A stretch of DNA of 64,000 nt from Pseudomonadota bacterium (GCA_039818665.1 JBCBTJ010000002.1:16195-80194); one strand, 5' to 3'. Numbered from the stretch's first letter, positions 1 through 9,691 are shown. Made by a program: numbers and translations. The notes: generated by a model not told the origin, from the letters alone.

Positions 1-443
1 AGCCCGGTCTCGATCAAGCGCGCCGCCTTTGCAAAGGCCGCCTCTTCCGTTTCGTCTAAGAACCGGCCCATCGCATCCGTCACAAAAGCGCGGTAGCTTA
101 GGACGCCCTCCAGGCTCGGCCGGGTCACCATGCCGCGGCGAGATCGCGCGTGCCGCGGGCCCACAGCCTCGTAGTAGGAGTTGAACATGAAGTCGTAGAC
201 CGGGTCGGGCGTTTCATACCCTGCCCGCATCGGCTTTAGGAGAAACGTCTCCCAAAACCAGGTCGTATGCGCCAGGTGCCATTTCGTCGGGCTGGCGTCG
301 GGCATGGATTGGATCTGACAATCCTCCGCCGACAAGGGCGCTACGAGCGCCTCGGTGCGCGCTCGTACGCGCTCAAAATCCCGCCGCAGCGCTGCGCGAT
401 ACGCTTCCAGATCGCTCGACGACAGCTCGTTTAGTCCGTACAT
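1..443 (-). CDS. egtB: EgtB-like ergothioneine biosynthesis protein (sulfoxide synthase), N-terminal part; gene runs off the left edge
   Basis: Minus-strand translation from ATG (443-441): MYGLNELSSSDLEAYRAALRRDFERVRARTEALVAPLSAEDCQIQSMPDASPTKWHLAHTTWFWETFLL...FNSYYEAVGPRHARSRRG. The SPTKWHLAHTTWFxE and NSYYE..G segments are typical of EgtB N-termini (DinB-like domain). Absent from the ORF track because it is truncated. Confidence 0.7.
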   Translation of the reverse strand, partial: MYGLNELSSSDLEAYRAALRRDFERVRARTEALVAPLSAEDCQIQSMPDASPTKWHLAHTTWFWETFLLKPMRAGYETPDPVYDFMFNSYYEAVGPRHARSRRGMVTRPSLEGVLSYRAFVTDAMGRFLDETEEAAFAKAARLIETG

Positions 444-530
444 GTCCCGCCCTTCTCGTGACACGCGAAGATTCCAGACTGGCCGGCCGGCCGCAAGGGC
501 GCTTGACCGGGATGGCGCGGATCGTGCCTG

Positions 531-1307
531 TTGAGGGCGATGACCGATGTCCGTATCGCTTTTTCCGCCTCGAAACGGCCCGAAGCCCAGGACGCCCTGG
601 CCGAGCTGACCAAGCGCTACGGCGCCGTCAGCGAAGACGCGGCCGACGTGATCGTCGCCCTCGGCGGCGACGGCGCGATCCTCGACACGCTGCGCCGGCG
701 GTTCGACGACAAGAAACCGGTCTACGGCATGCATCGCGGCACGGTCGGCTTCCTCATGAATGAGTTCGCCCTGGACGAACTCCCGGCGCGGCTCGACCGG
801 GCTGAACGGGCGACGATTTATCCGTTGCGCATGCGGACCATCGACATCCACGGCGAAACCCGGATGCATCTGGCGATCAATGAGGCCTCTCTGTTTCGCC
901 AAACCGCGCAAACGGCGCGCTTTCGCATTCTCGTCGACGGCCGCGAGCGCATGGCGCAGCTGTCTTGCGACGGCGTGATGGTGGCGACGCCGGCAGGCTC
1001 GACCGCCTACAACTTGTCGGCCCAAGGGCCGATCCTGCCGATCGGCGCGAATCTTCTCGCCTTGACCCCCGTTAGCCCGCACCGCCCGAGACGCTGGCGC
1101 GGCGCTTTGCTCCGCCACGACGCCGATGTCCGCATCGAATGCTTGGAGCCGCATCGCCGGTCCGTCGCCGCCGTCGCAGACAATCAGGAAGTGCGAGACG
1201 TGGAGCTGGTCGAAGTGCGCGAAGACCGCTCGCAAGGCGTGGTGCTGCTCTTCGATCCCGGGCACGCGCTCGACGAACGGATCCTGCGCGAGCAATTCCT
1301 CGTCTAA
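531..1307 (+). CDS. nadK: NAD kinase
   Basis: 258 aa. GGDG motif (VIVALGGDGAILD) and ATPAGSTAYNLSAQGPILP segment are typical of NAD kinases. Confidence 0.9.
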   Translation: MRAMTDVRIAFSASKRPEAQDALAELTKRYGAVSEDAADVIVALGGDGAILDTLRRRFDDKKPVYGMHRGTVGFLMNEFALDELPARLDRAERATIYPLRMRTIDIHGETRMHLAINEASLFRQTAQTARFRILVDGRERMAQLSCDGVMVATPAGSTAYNLSAQGPILPIGANLLALTPVSPHRPRRWRGALLRHDADVRIECLEPHRRSVAAVADNQEVRDVELVEVREDRSQGVVLLFDPGHALDERILREQFLV

Positions 1308-1849
1308 GCGGCGGCCGCCACCATGCGGTCCACTTGCGCCTCCAGCGCGTGGCAGATCGTTTTCGCCAGCGTGTCCGCCGAAGCCGACTGGGCGCCGTGC
1401 GCGAGGATCGACCGGCACGCTTCGACATGCAGATGCGCGATCGGGTCGACGCTATCGTCCTGACGCGCTTTCAACAGGCGGCAGAGCGACTGGGTCAAAC
1501 GGCCGATCGCCGGGCTGCCATAAGTCTCGGCCATGCCGTTCAGATTGTGGCTGGCGATGAACAAGCGGCCGCGCGCGCCCGCCTCGCCCGCCGCAACGCA
1601 TTCCCAGGCCTCACGCAGTCGCTCGACGTCGCCGCGCAGCCATGCCTCGTGGTTCGGCGCAAGGTCGTTCACCGCCCGCTCGGCGCGGATCTCCATCTCC
1701 TCTTGATCAAGGATCGGCTCCGCCTCGGCGTCGGCCTTCGGCGCGAGCGCGACGAGGTTTTCTTCGGATCGGGAGCTTTGCCGCGCCGCCGATGTGTCGG
1801 TCTTGCGCCAGCTCCCTTTCAGGATGCGACTCAACATGAGCGCCGTCAT
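1304..1849 (-). CDS. Hpt (histidine phosphotransfer) domain protein
   Basis: 181 aa. ASHNLNGMAETYG resembles the HxLKGxA..G phospho-histidine motif of Hpt domains. Converges on nadK with a 4-nt overlap. Confidence 0.55.
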   Translation of the reverse strand: MTALMLSRILKGSWRKTDTSAARQSSRSEENLVALAPKADAEAEPILDQEEMEIRAERAVNDLAPNHEAWLRGDVERLREAWECVAAGEAGARGRLFIASHNLNGMAETYGSPAIGRLTQSLCRLLKARQDDSVDPIAHLHVEACRSILAHGAQSASADTLAKTICHALEAQVDRMVAAAA

Positions 1850-1901
1850 AGCTGAATATGCTTAAGAGAGGCCTGACGGACGCGGCGAAATTCCGCGGCG
1901 C

Positions 1902-2711
1902 CTACCGCGCCACGTTCTTCACATTCTCAAGCGGCTCGGTGGTCTGGCCATAGCCCGCCTCCGCCGGGATATGCAGGCACGGCGCGCCGGTCTCGTCTTT
2001 CCCGACGACGGGCAGCACGGTGACGATGGGCTCGGCCGAAAACGTGTCGACCGCTTCCGCGACCGTCCTGGCGCGGGCGAGCTTTATGAGGTTCATCCGT
2101 GTCGGGAAGATGATCGTCGCCTCGCCCGCCTTTTCGCGTTCGAGCGCCTTCGACGGGCAGGTCCAGACCGTGTCCGTCGTCTCCCGGCCGTCATGGGCGG
2201 CGATCTGACCCTCGGGCGCGGGGGTCACGTAGAAATGCGTGTCGAAGCGCTTCGGCATCATGTCCGGCGTAATCCAATGGCCGAAATGGACGAGCGTATC
2301 GAGCGCGAGCACCAGGTCGTGGTCGCGGATCAGGCCGAGAAAGCTCGTCTCACGCTTATCGACGGCTTCGCGATGCGGGCCCAGTGCGTCCGCCACATCA
2401 ACGCCCACCAATGGCGCGCCCTGCCCGCGCGCGGCCCGCGGCCGCGCCAGCAAGACGCCGGATTCTTCAAAAGCCTCGCGCGTCGCGGCGATGCGCGCGG
2501 CGCGCTGCTCGCCCTCGAACCCGCCATCCGCCAGGTCCGCCCAGCCGGCGTCCGCGTCTTCGTCATTGGCCTTGCCGCCCGGGAACACCAATGCGCCGGC
2601 CGCAAAGTCGATTTGGTAGTGGCGCTCGACCATCAGCACCTCGAGTTCGGGCGCGTCGCGCATCAGCAAAACAGTGGCGGCCAAGCGCGGCTTGGCGGGC
2701 GGCTTGCTCAT
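1902..2711 (-). CDS. NUDIX hydrolase
   Basis: 269 aa. Nudix box-like FPGGKANDEDAD...REAFEESGVLLA. Confidence 0.8.
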   Translation of the reverse strand: MSKPPAKPRLAATVLLMRDAPELEVLMVERHYQIDFAAGALVFPGGKANDEDADAGWADLADGGFEGEQRAARIAATREAFEESGVLLARPRAARGQGAPLVGVDVADALGPHREAVDKRETSFLGLIRDHDLVLALDTLVHFGHWITPDMMPKRFDTHFYVTPAPEGQIAAHDGRETTDTVWTCPSKALEREKAGEATIIFPTRMNLIKLARARTVAEAVDTFSAEPIVTVLPVVGKDETGAPCLHIPAEAGYGQTTEPLENVKNVAR

Positions 2712-2824
2712 GTTTCCTTCCCCGATTGGTGAAATTTACAAGAAATATCAAAGGCCCCGCACGCGTGATCTTCAGGCCATCTTGGTAAACGCGCTGTCGC
2801 AACACTCCAGAATGGCGGCGCCGA

Positions 2825-3511
2825 ATGCAACACCTCAAATCGATCGAGCGACTTGAACGGGGCCCCGCCCCCCGCCCGCGAGTCCGATTTTCGACCGCCT
2901 TATTGCTCGAGACCGGCGAGGCGGCTTGGGCTTACGCCATGATCGAGCGCGCTTTCGAAGATCGCTGCGCGTTTGGACCAGCCGCCGCCGAACGGGCCGG
3001 CGCAGAATGCCCGTCGGCGTGGTTGTCGCGCCTCGTGCGCGACGTCGCCTCGGAGGCCTCGACTGAGGATTTGATCGGCCGTTTGATCGTGGTCCCGACG
3101 CCGGACGCGGCCTTGTCGGACCTCGCTGCGCCGGCGCTTTGCGACAAGATCGTCGCCGGAACGCGACTCGGACAGCAGGAATTCTGCTTCGAAGTCCGGC
3201 TCTCCGCCATCGCCGCCGCGCCGGAACAGGCGGCGGATTGGATCAAAACCGCCCGCAGCCGCGGCTTCCGCGTCGCCATCGACGCCCGGCGCGCAGCGCC
3301 TTGCCGCGTCGCGCCGTCGACCTGGCTGATGATCGATTCCCTACGCGTCGACGCCGACACGCTTTTCACAGAAGCCGCCGTCGTGGAGTTCATTGAACAG
3401 GCCGTACAGACGGGCGTTTCCGTGCTGGCCGATCGTCCGCGCTGGCGCGACGGCGGCGCGCTCGCCTTGCTCGGCGTTGATTACGGCCTCAATCCGCAAG
3501 CGGACGCTTAA
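2825..3511 (+). CDS. degenerate EAL-domain-like protein (probably catalytically inactive)
   Basis: 228 aa. Collinear with the EAL layout, but the signatures are substituted: FCFEVRLS for lElTE, AIDARRAAP for DDFGTG, LRVDADTLF for KiD, VLADRPRW for AEGVE. Confidence 0.45.
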   Translation: MQHLKSIERLERGPAPRPRVRFSTALLLETGEAAWAYAMIERAFEDRCAFGPAAAERAGAECPSAWLSRLVRDVASEASTEDLIGRLIVVPTPDAALSDLAAPALCDKIVAGTRLGQQEFCFEVRLSAIAAAPEQAADWIKTARSRGFRVAIDARRAAPCRVAPSTWLMIDSLRVDADTLFTEAAVVEFIEQAVQTGVSVLADRPRWRDGGALALLGVDYGLNPQADA

Positions 3512-4659
3512 GCGGCGTCCTCGTCGGCGGCGTCGGCGCGGTAGTCGGAATAGGCGTCCAAGCGCTCCAACAGATAATCGAGATCATCCCGCGGAATCGC
3601 TTGGAACTGCGTCAGCACGCGTTCGATCATCCGCGCACGGAAGCGGATCCGGTCATCCGCCCCGCCGTCATACTCGGTTTCGTGGAACACCTGCACGGCC
3701 GCTTTGAAGGCCGGCAGCAATTTGCGCGGCAGGCCGGCGCGGTCGAACACGGCTTGAAGCCCGAGCGGGCCGGCGTCGTGCACCATGAGCCAAACCCGCG
3801 CATGCGGCACGCCGGACAGCTCTGCGAGCGCATGCTCCACAAAGCCCATATGCCCCATGCACAAGGAGCGCATGATGAGCGAATGGGTGAGCCGGCCATT
3901 CAGATTGAGCTGCGAGACGAAGCGCGGCAGGTCCGAAGCCCGGCCCGCCTGCTCGACCAGGTCCACCGTCGCCCGTTCGCGCGCGCCGGCGGCGAGATCG
4001 ATGGCGAGCTGCGCCGGCAGCTGGTGCTTGTTGACGAGCACGTCGAACAATTGCCCGGAGACCAACGTCACCATTTTTTCGGCGATGTGCATCGGGATCT
4101 CGTCCCGCCCGATAAGCGCTTTGTGGATTTCGCCGTCGTTTTCAAACCGCTGCAGGGTGACATCGAAAGCCGCCTCGTTCAGCGCCGCGCCCTCATTGGC
4201 GGCCAATGCGCGAACGGCCTCCTCGCCGCAATGCTCGGCGATGACCATCGATAGAGGTTCCGAGACCGATTTCCGCCGCGCGATGGCTTCCTGCTTCGAC
4301 GCTGTGACCGAGAGCGCGAGCTCAATCAGGTCCTCGTCAGTGAACACCGGCGAGTTTTTTAGCACAGGGAGCGCCACCGCTTCGACGTCGCGCGCGAGCT
4401 CTAAAGCCATATCCCGCGGCAGGCGCGGCGAATTGCGCAGCGTGACCGCCAGGGTCCGACGCACCAGCTCGGCGGCGTCGCGGGCGAGGATCTCCATGAT
4501 CTCCCGCGCATATTCGACCTCTTGGTCGGACAAGACGTCGAGCGCGATCCGGCGGCAGACGCGGTGCGCGACGGACGCGCGGTCCTCCGGGCTCTCGCCC
4601 CGCACCAGACGGCGGATGTCGCGCTGCGTCAGCTCGGGCCGGATGGACGTGACGCTCAT
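3508..4659 (-). CDS. DUF2336 domain protein
   Basis: 383 aa helical-repeat protein. The N-terminal DIRRLVRGESPEDRASVAHRVCRRI...EVEYAREIMEILARDAAELVRRTLAVTL pattern matches my recollection of alphaproteobacterial DUF2336 proteins. Confidence 0.55.
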   Translation of the reverse strand: MSVTSIRPELTQRDIRRLVRGESPEDRASVAHRVCRRIALDVLSDQEVEYAREIMEILARDAAELVRRTLAVTLRNSPRLPRDMALELARDVEAVALPVLKNSPVFTDEDLIELALSVTASKQEAIARRKSVSEPLSMVIAEHCGEEAVRALAANEGAALNEAAFDVTLQRFENDGEIHKALIGRDEIPMHIAEKMVTLVSGQLFDVLVNKHQLPAQLAIDLAAGARERATVDLVEQAGRASDLPRFVSQLNLNGRLTHSLIMRSLCMGHMGFVEHALAELSGVPHARVWLMVHDAGPLGLQAVFDRAGLPRKLLPAFKAAVQVFHETEYDGGADDRIRFRARMIERVLTQFQAIPRDDLDYLLERLDAYSDYRADAADEDAA

Positions 4660-4760
4660 AAGGCTCCCCCAGGGAATCGTCGAAAGGTCGACAAACAGGT
4701 TTTGCCAAGGCTGGTTAATTTTCGTTTACCCTCGCCGCAGCGAAATTCGAGGGGAGACGC

Positions 4761-5957
4761 ATGCTGGAAGGCATTCGGGTCGTTGAACACGCGACATACA
4801 TGGCGGCCCCGGGCGCCGGCTCGATCCTGCGCGACTGGGGCGCGGACGTGATCAAGATCGAACCGCCGGGCGGCGATCCGATCCGCAACTTCTTCCGCAA
4901 TATCGGCACCGACCTCCAAGACAATCCCGTCTTCGCCTTCGACAATCGCGGGAAGAAATCGATCGTCGTCGACACCTCGAAGCCCGACGGCCAGGCGCTA
5001 GCGCGGCGATTGGCGGGCGACGCCGACGTGTTCCTCACCAATGTGCGCCCCGGCGGCCTCAAGCGCGCCGGGCTTGATTACGAGGCCCTGTCCGCGACCA
5101 ACCAAAAACTCGTCTACTGCTCGCTCACCGGCTACGGCCTGGAAGGCCCCGACGCCGACCGGCCGGGCTTCGACATTGCAAGCTTCTGGTCGCGCTCCGG
5201 CGTCGCGCACTTGACGATCCCGAAGGGCGGCGAACCCTTCGCGCTTCGCACGGCCTTCGGCGACCACACCACGTCCATCGCGGCCGCCGCCGGTATTTGC
5301 GCGGGCCTCGTCGAGGCCGGGCGCACGGGCAAAGGCCGGCTGGTCGAAGCTTCGCTCTTGCGCACCGCGCTCTACGCGATGGGATCGGACTTCGCGATCC
5401 AGCTCTTCTTCAAGCGCATCGGCTCGACCAAGACGCGCGCCGAGCAAATCGTGCCGCTGACGAACTTCTTTCAGACCGGCGACGGGTCGTGGCTCTGCAT
5501 CGTGGCGCGCCAAGGCGACGTCGACTACGCCCCGCTCTGCCGCGTGATCGGGCGCGAAGACCTGATCGAGGACGAACGCTTCACAAGCGCGAAGGGTCGC
5601 CGGCGAAACTCGGCCGAACTTGTCGGGGTCTTCGACGAGGGCTTCGGCAAGCTCACCAAGGCCGAGGCCGCAGCGCGCCTCGACGGGGAGTCCATCGCCT
5701 GGGCGCCGGTCCAGACGCTCGCCGAAGTGGCCGAGGACCCCCAGGTGGCCGCCGCGGGCGCGATCCAGCTAACGCCATCGGCCGACGGCGAAGGCAGCTT
5801 CGCCTCGCCCGGCTCCCCAATCCGGTTCAAAGACGCCGACGACGGCCCGAAAGGCCCCTCGCCCGCGCTCGGCGAGCATACCCGTGACGTGCTTGGCGAA
5901 GCCGGGCTCTCCGCCGATGAGATCGACGATCTGTTCGCCGCCGAGATTGTCGCCTAG
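4761..5957 (+). CDS. CoA transferase, family III (CaiB/BaiF-like)
   Basis: 398 aa. N-terminus GIRVVEHATYMAAPGAGSILRDWGADVIKIEPPGGDP is typical of CoA_transf_3. Confidence 0.85.
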   Translation: MLEGIRVVEHATYMAAPGAGSILRDWGADVIKIEPPGGDPIRNFFRNIGTDLQDNPVFAFDNRGKKSIVVDTSKPDGQALARRLAGDADVFLTNVRPGGLKRAGLDYEALSATNQKLVYCSLTGYGLEGPDADRPGFDIASFWSRSGVAHLTIPKGGEPFALRTAFGDHTTSIAAAAGICAGLVEAGRTGKGRLVEASLLRTALYAMGSDFAIQLFFKRIGSTKTRAEQIVPLTNFFQTGDGSWLCIVARQGDVDYAPLCRVIGREDLIEDERFTSAKGRRRNSAELVGVFDEGFGKLTKAEAAARLDGESIAWAPVQTLAEVAEDPQVAAAGAIQLTPSADGEGSFASPGSPIRFKDADDGPKGPSPALGEHTRDVLGEAGLSADEIDDLFAAEIVA

Positions 5958-7429
5958 CGCTGGAGTTTCACGAGCAGATTGTTGCGTTGGTCGACGCCGA
6001 CGACGCAGATCTGCGTCAGCTGGGCGCTGCAATCGGCGGCGGCGAACGCATCGCCGGCGAAGTCGGCGCAGCTCGGAGACCGGCCGACATCGCACAGCCT
6101 GGCGATCTTGAAGCCGGCCTCATTGAACGCCGCGACCAGGCGCCCGGGGCGATCAAGCGCTTCCATGAACACTTGACGTTCGAGCCCCTCCGGCGCCTGA
6201 GCCCTCACCCCCTGGAAATAAGCTTCCCAGTCCGACGCATCGATGACGACCCCGCGATACGCGCGCGGCGCCCGCGGCAGAACCTTTTCAAGGTTCGCCA
6301 TGTTCACCTGTGTCGTCGCCGAGAACCAAGACACCCCTTGATAAGTCAAAAGGACGGACGGAATCCCGAGCGCCGCGACGACCGTCACCGCGCCGATCCG
6401 TTGATAGCGGCGCGGCAGCAGCAAGAGCGGCGTCGCGGCCAGGCCCGTCGCCAGCGGCGTCAGCGATCGGAACTGCACGTAGATGCCGGACACGATGATG
6501 GCGAGATACGGCGTGATCGCCGTCATCGCCCCATATCCGGCGCGCAGCGGCCGGCCGAAGCGATCTTCCCGGTCGGCCGCCAGCCGCCAAAGCCCCAGCG
6601 CCAGAACAGCGGCGAGCACCGCGAGCGACGAGGCCGGCAGCCAGGTGGAGACCTGAACGATCACTGCGTCCGCACCCCGCGCGACATTGGCGCCGAGCGA
6701 GGCCAAATCTTCCGCCGGGCGCGGATTGCGCCACTCGGCCAGCTCGACGCCGTACGCGCCGAAGAACCAAATGTTCAGCGCTGAGGCGAACACGTAGCCG
6801 GCGATGAGACCGAGCCCCCAAACGACGCCAGGCCCCAGCCCCAAGACGAAGCCGCGCGCGGTGTCGCGCGTGGCGAGCGGGACGGCGGCGAGCGCCAGCA
6901 AAAAGTAGAAATAAGGCAGCGCGCCGAACTGGAGAATCGCAAACACCGGCGCCCACCACCAGCTGAACCTCTGTACGATCAGGACGGAGATCGGAAAGAT
7001 CAAAGCCGCCGGCAGCACGGCGGCTGGCCACATGTTCTGCGCATGAAGTCCGGGAAACAGGCCGATCAAGACGGCGAGCAGCGCGGCGATCAACGCATCA
7101 TCGAACAAGCGGCGGAAAATCAGAAAAACGCCGCCGGCCGTCAGCGCGATGTTTGCGAACCAAGCCAGATGCGGATCCACCCGCCGCGCGAGGTCGAAGG
7201 TAAGATAGTTCAGCCACCGCCCTTCGCTTTGCACCTTCGACAGGATCGCGTTTTCGGAGGCGTACCGGATGGAGTCGTGGCGCCAGTAAGCGATGTCGAG
7301 CGCGGCCCACGCGATCACGATGAACGCGGCCGCGCCCAGTGCGATCAGCCCATAGGCCGCACGCCGCGTCCATTGGTCGATCGGCGGAGGAAGGCTAGAG
7401 ACCGTCTCGGTTGCAGATGAAGACGCCAT
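5954..7429 (-). CDS. polytopic membrane protein with Cys-containing C-terminal soluble domain; possible GtrC/GT-C-like glycosyltransferase
   Basis: ORF 5954-7486. I prefer the ATG at 7429 (MASSSATETV..., AGGA about 9 nt upstream) because it avoids a head-on overlap with the divergent gtrA-like gene. About 10 or more hydrophobic segments are followed by a ~110-aa tail with 4 Cys. Function is inferred from context only. Confidence 0.55.
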   Translation of the reverse strand: MASSSATETVSSLPPPIDQWTRRAAYGLIALGAAAFIVIAWAALDIAYWRHDSIRYASENAILSKVQSEGRWLNYLTFDLARRVDPHLAWFANIALTAGGVFLIFRRLFDDALIAALLAVLIGLFPGLHAQNMWPAAVLPAALIFPISVLIVQRFSWWWAPVFAILQFGALPYFYFLLALAAVPLATRDTARGFVLGLGPGVVWGLGLIAGYVFASALNIWFFGAYGVELAEWRNPRPAEDLASLGANVARGADAVIVQVSTWLPASSLAVLAAVLALGLWRLAADREDRFGRPLRAGYGAMTAITPYLAIIVSGIYVQFRSLTPLATGLAATPLLLLPRRYQRIGAVTVVAALGIPSVLLTYQGVSWFSATTQVNMANLEKVLPRAPRAYRGVVIDASDWEAYFQGVRAQAPEGLERQVFMEALDRPGRLVAAFNEAGFKIARLCDVGRSPSCADFAGDAFAAADCSAQLTQICVVGVDQRNNLLVKLQR

Positions 7430-7473
7430 TGACCCGTCCTGATCCCCACACCCCGCCCCGGTCGCACAGTTTG

Positions 7474-7875
7474 ATGACGGGTTCAACGCAGCGCGCCGTG
7501 CTCTTTCGCTACGCCCTGACCGGCGTCTCCGTGTCCTCGCTTTACGCGGTGTTGCACTTCGCGCTCAGCAGCTTGGGCGGGCTGGACATGTCGATCGCGT
7601 CGGCCGTCGCGCTCACCGCCGCGATCGTCTTTCAATATGTCATGCACGCCCGGTTCACCTATCGCGGGGAATGGCGCGACGCCGGCCAAGCCGCGCGCTT
7701 CGGCGCGGCCATTCTCATCGGCCTCGCGGTCTCGTTCGCTGTGATGGATTGGATCGGCCCGGCGCTCGGCTTGCCGGAGATCGCACGGGTGGTTCTTGTT
7801 ATTGTGATCCTGCCCGTCACGAATTTCCTATTGTTCACGCTTTGGGTGTTTGCGGGCGGCCCCAAGAGTCCCTAA
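7474..7875 (+). CDS. GtrA family membrane protein
   Basis: Internal ATG of ORF 7411-7875 (MTGSTQRAVLFRYALTGVSVSSLYAVLHF...). About 133 aa with 4 predicted TM helices. Size and pattern fit the GtrA-like family, and it sits immediately upstream of a GT2 gene. Confidence 0.6.
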   Translation: MTGSTQRAVLFRYALTGVSVSSLYAVLHFALSSLGGLDMSIASAVALTAAIVFQYVMHARFTYRGEWRDAGQAARFGAAILIGLAVSFAVMDWIGPALGLPEIARVVLVIVILPVTNFLLFTLWVFAGGPKSP

Positions 7876-7898
7876 ACGGATCGCCTCGAGGACGGGTC

Positions 7899-8939
7899 AT
7901 GACGCTAGTGCAAGAGCCGCGGGCCAAAGGCGACACGCAAGCTGTGAGCGACGATCCGGCGCTGTCCGTGGTCGTGCCTTGCTTCAATGAAGAAGAAAAC
8001 CTGAAAGCCCTTCTAGATCGGACCCGGGCCGCCGCTGAGGCGAGCTTCGGCGAAGACTATGAAATCGTCCTGGTCGACGACGGTTCCAACGATCGCACCT
8101 GGCCGATGATCGAGGAGGCCGCCGAGGCCTCAGCACAGATCATCGCCATCAAGCTGTCGCGCAATCACGGCCACCAGATCGCTTTGACATCCGGCCTCGC
8201 GCTCGCACGCGGCGAAGTCATCCTCGTCATCGACGCCGATCTGCAAGACCCGCCCGAGCTGCTGGCCGACATGCTCGCGACAATGCGGGCAGAGGGCGCC
8301 GACGTCGTCTATGGCAAGCGCAAAACGCGCAAGGGCGAAACCTGGTTCAAAAAGGCTTCGGCGTCGCTGTTTTACCGGCTCCTGGCGCGGAACGCGGAGA
8401 TCCAGCTGCCGCTGGACGCGGGTGATTTCAGACTAATGACCCGGCGTGTGGCCCAGGCGCTCGTCGCCATGCCCGAGGGCGATCGGTTTGTCCGCGGCAT
8501 GGTGTCTTGGATCGGGCTGAAGCAGGTCGCTTTCGAATACACCCGCGATGAACGCCACGCCGGCGAGACCAAGTATCCGCTGCGCAAGATGCTGCGTCTC
8601 GCGGCCCACGCCTTTATGGGGTTCTCCATGCTGCCGCTGCGGTTCGCGGCGCGGTTCGCCGCCATCATGTTCTTTTTCATGATCGCCTTCATGATCTACG
8701 CGCTGGCGAGCTGGCTGCTGTTCGAGACGGTCTCGGGCTGGACCAGCCTGATGATCATGTTCGCCTTCTCCAGCGCCATGCAGTTCCTGGTGCTTTCGGT
8801 GCTGGGCGAATATGTCGGGCGCACTTACTTGGCCTCGAAGGGCCGTCCGCTTTTCATTGTGGACCAGGTCGCGGGCGCCCCGCTTGCACGGGTGGACGAA
8901 GCGCGGCAAAGCGCCCGTAATCCGGGAGTTTGGCTATGA
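7899..8939 (+). CDS. family 2 glycosyltransferase, GtrB/ArnC-like polyprenyl-phosphate glycosyltransferase
   Basis: Internal ATG at 7899 of ORF 7671-8939. LSVVVPCFNEEENL, VDDGSNDRT and VIDADLQDPPEL motifs, plus two C-terminal TM helices as in bactoprenol glucosyltransferases. Confidence 0.85.
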   Translation: MTLVQEPRAKGDTQAVSDDPALSVVVPCFNEEENLKALLDRTRAAAEASFGEDYEIVLVDDGSNDRTWPMIEEAAEASAQIIAIKLSRNHGHQIALTSGLALARGEVILVIDADLQDPPELLADMLATMRAEGADVVYGKRKTRKGETWFKKASASLFYRLLARNAEIQLPLDAGDFRLMTRRVAQALVAMPEGDRFVRGMVSWIGLKQVAFEYTRDERHAGETKYPLRKMLRLAAHAFMGFSMLPLRFAARFAAIMFFFMIAFMIYALASWLLFETVSGWTSLMIMFAFSSAMQFLVLSVLGEYVGRTYLASKGRPLFIVDQVAGAPLARVDEARQSARNPGVWL

Positions 8940-9691
8940 GCCATGTCTATAGCGACGCTTTCTACGACTATATCGAACAGGGATCGCGCCGGTCCGCCCA
9001 AGCTTTCATTGAAATTCTAAAAGAACACGTGACTTTCGAATCCGTGCTCGACGTCGGCTGCGGGCGCGGCGCCTGGCTCAGCGAATGGGAGCAAGCCGGG
9101 CTCAAGACCATCGCGGGCCTCGATGGCGACTATGTCGAGCGCGACAAGCTCCACATCAGTCCGAAGAAATTCACGGCCGTTGATCTGTCGCGCCGGTTCA
9201 ATTTGGGAAAACGCTTCGATTTGGTGCAATGCCTGGAGGTCGCCGAGCATCTGCCGGCAACCTCCGCCGCAGGCCTTGTGAATTCCCTCGCCGAGCATGG
9301 CGACATCATCGTCTTTTCAGCTGCGACGCCCGGCCAAGGCGGGGAAAACCACATCAACGAAAAGCCGCTCGGCTATTGGCGCGGCCTGTTTTCAGCGCAC
9401 GCCTACGAGGTCTACGACCCCATAAGGCCGGCGCTCAAAGACAATGACCACATCATGCCCTGGTATCGATACAACACGCTCGTCTACGCCAATTCAGCGG
9501 GCCGAGCGCGGTTCTCCGCCGACTTCAAAGCGACGCACATCCCGATCGACTCGCCGATCCCCCGGGGCGGAGACCTATCCTGGAAACTGCGCAAAGCAGT
9601 GGTCCGCCAGCTGCCCCGCCCGATCGTGAATTGGATCGCGTCAGCGAACGCGGCGCGCACCGCCACCAAGCTGAAAAAGGCCCCTCAATAG
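8936..9691 (+). CDS. class I SAM-dependent methyltransferase
   Basis: VLDVGCGRGAW motif I and LVQCLEVAEHLP. The ATG at 8936 forms an ATGA overlap with the GT2 stop; the track start at 8930 is a TTG alternative. Confidence 0.7.
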   Translation: MSHVYSDAFYDYIEQGSRRSAQAFIEILKEHVTFESVLDVGCGRGAWLSEWEQAGLKTIAGLDGDYVERDKLHISPKKFTAVDLSRRFNLGKRFDLVQCLEVAEHLPATSAAGLVNSLAEHGDIIVFSAATPGQGGENHINEKPLGYWRGLFSAHAYEVYDPIRPALKDNDHIMPWYRYNTLVYANSAGRARFSADFKATHIPIDSPIPRGGDLSWKLRKAVVRQLPRPIVNWIASANAARTATKLKKAPQ

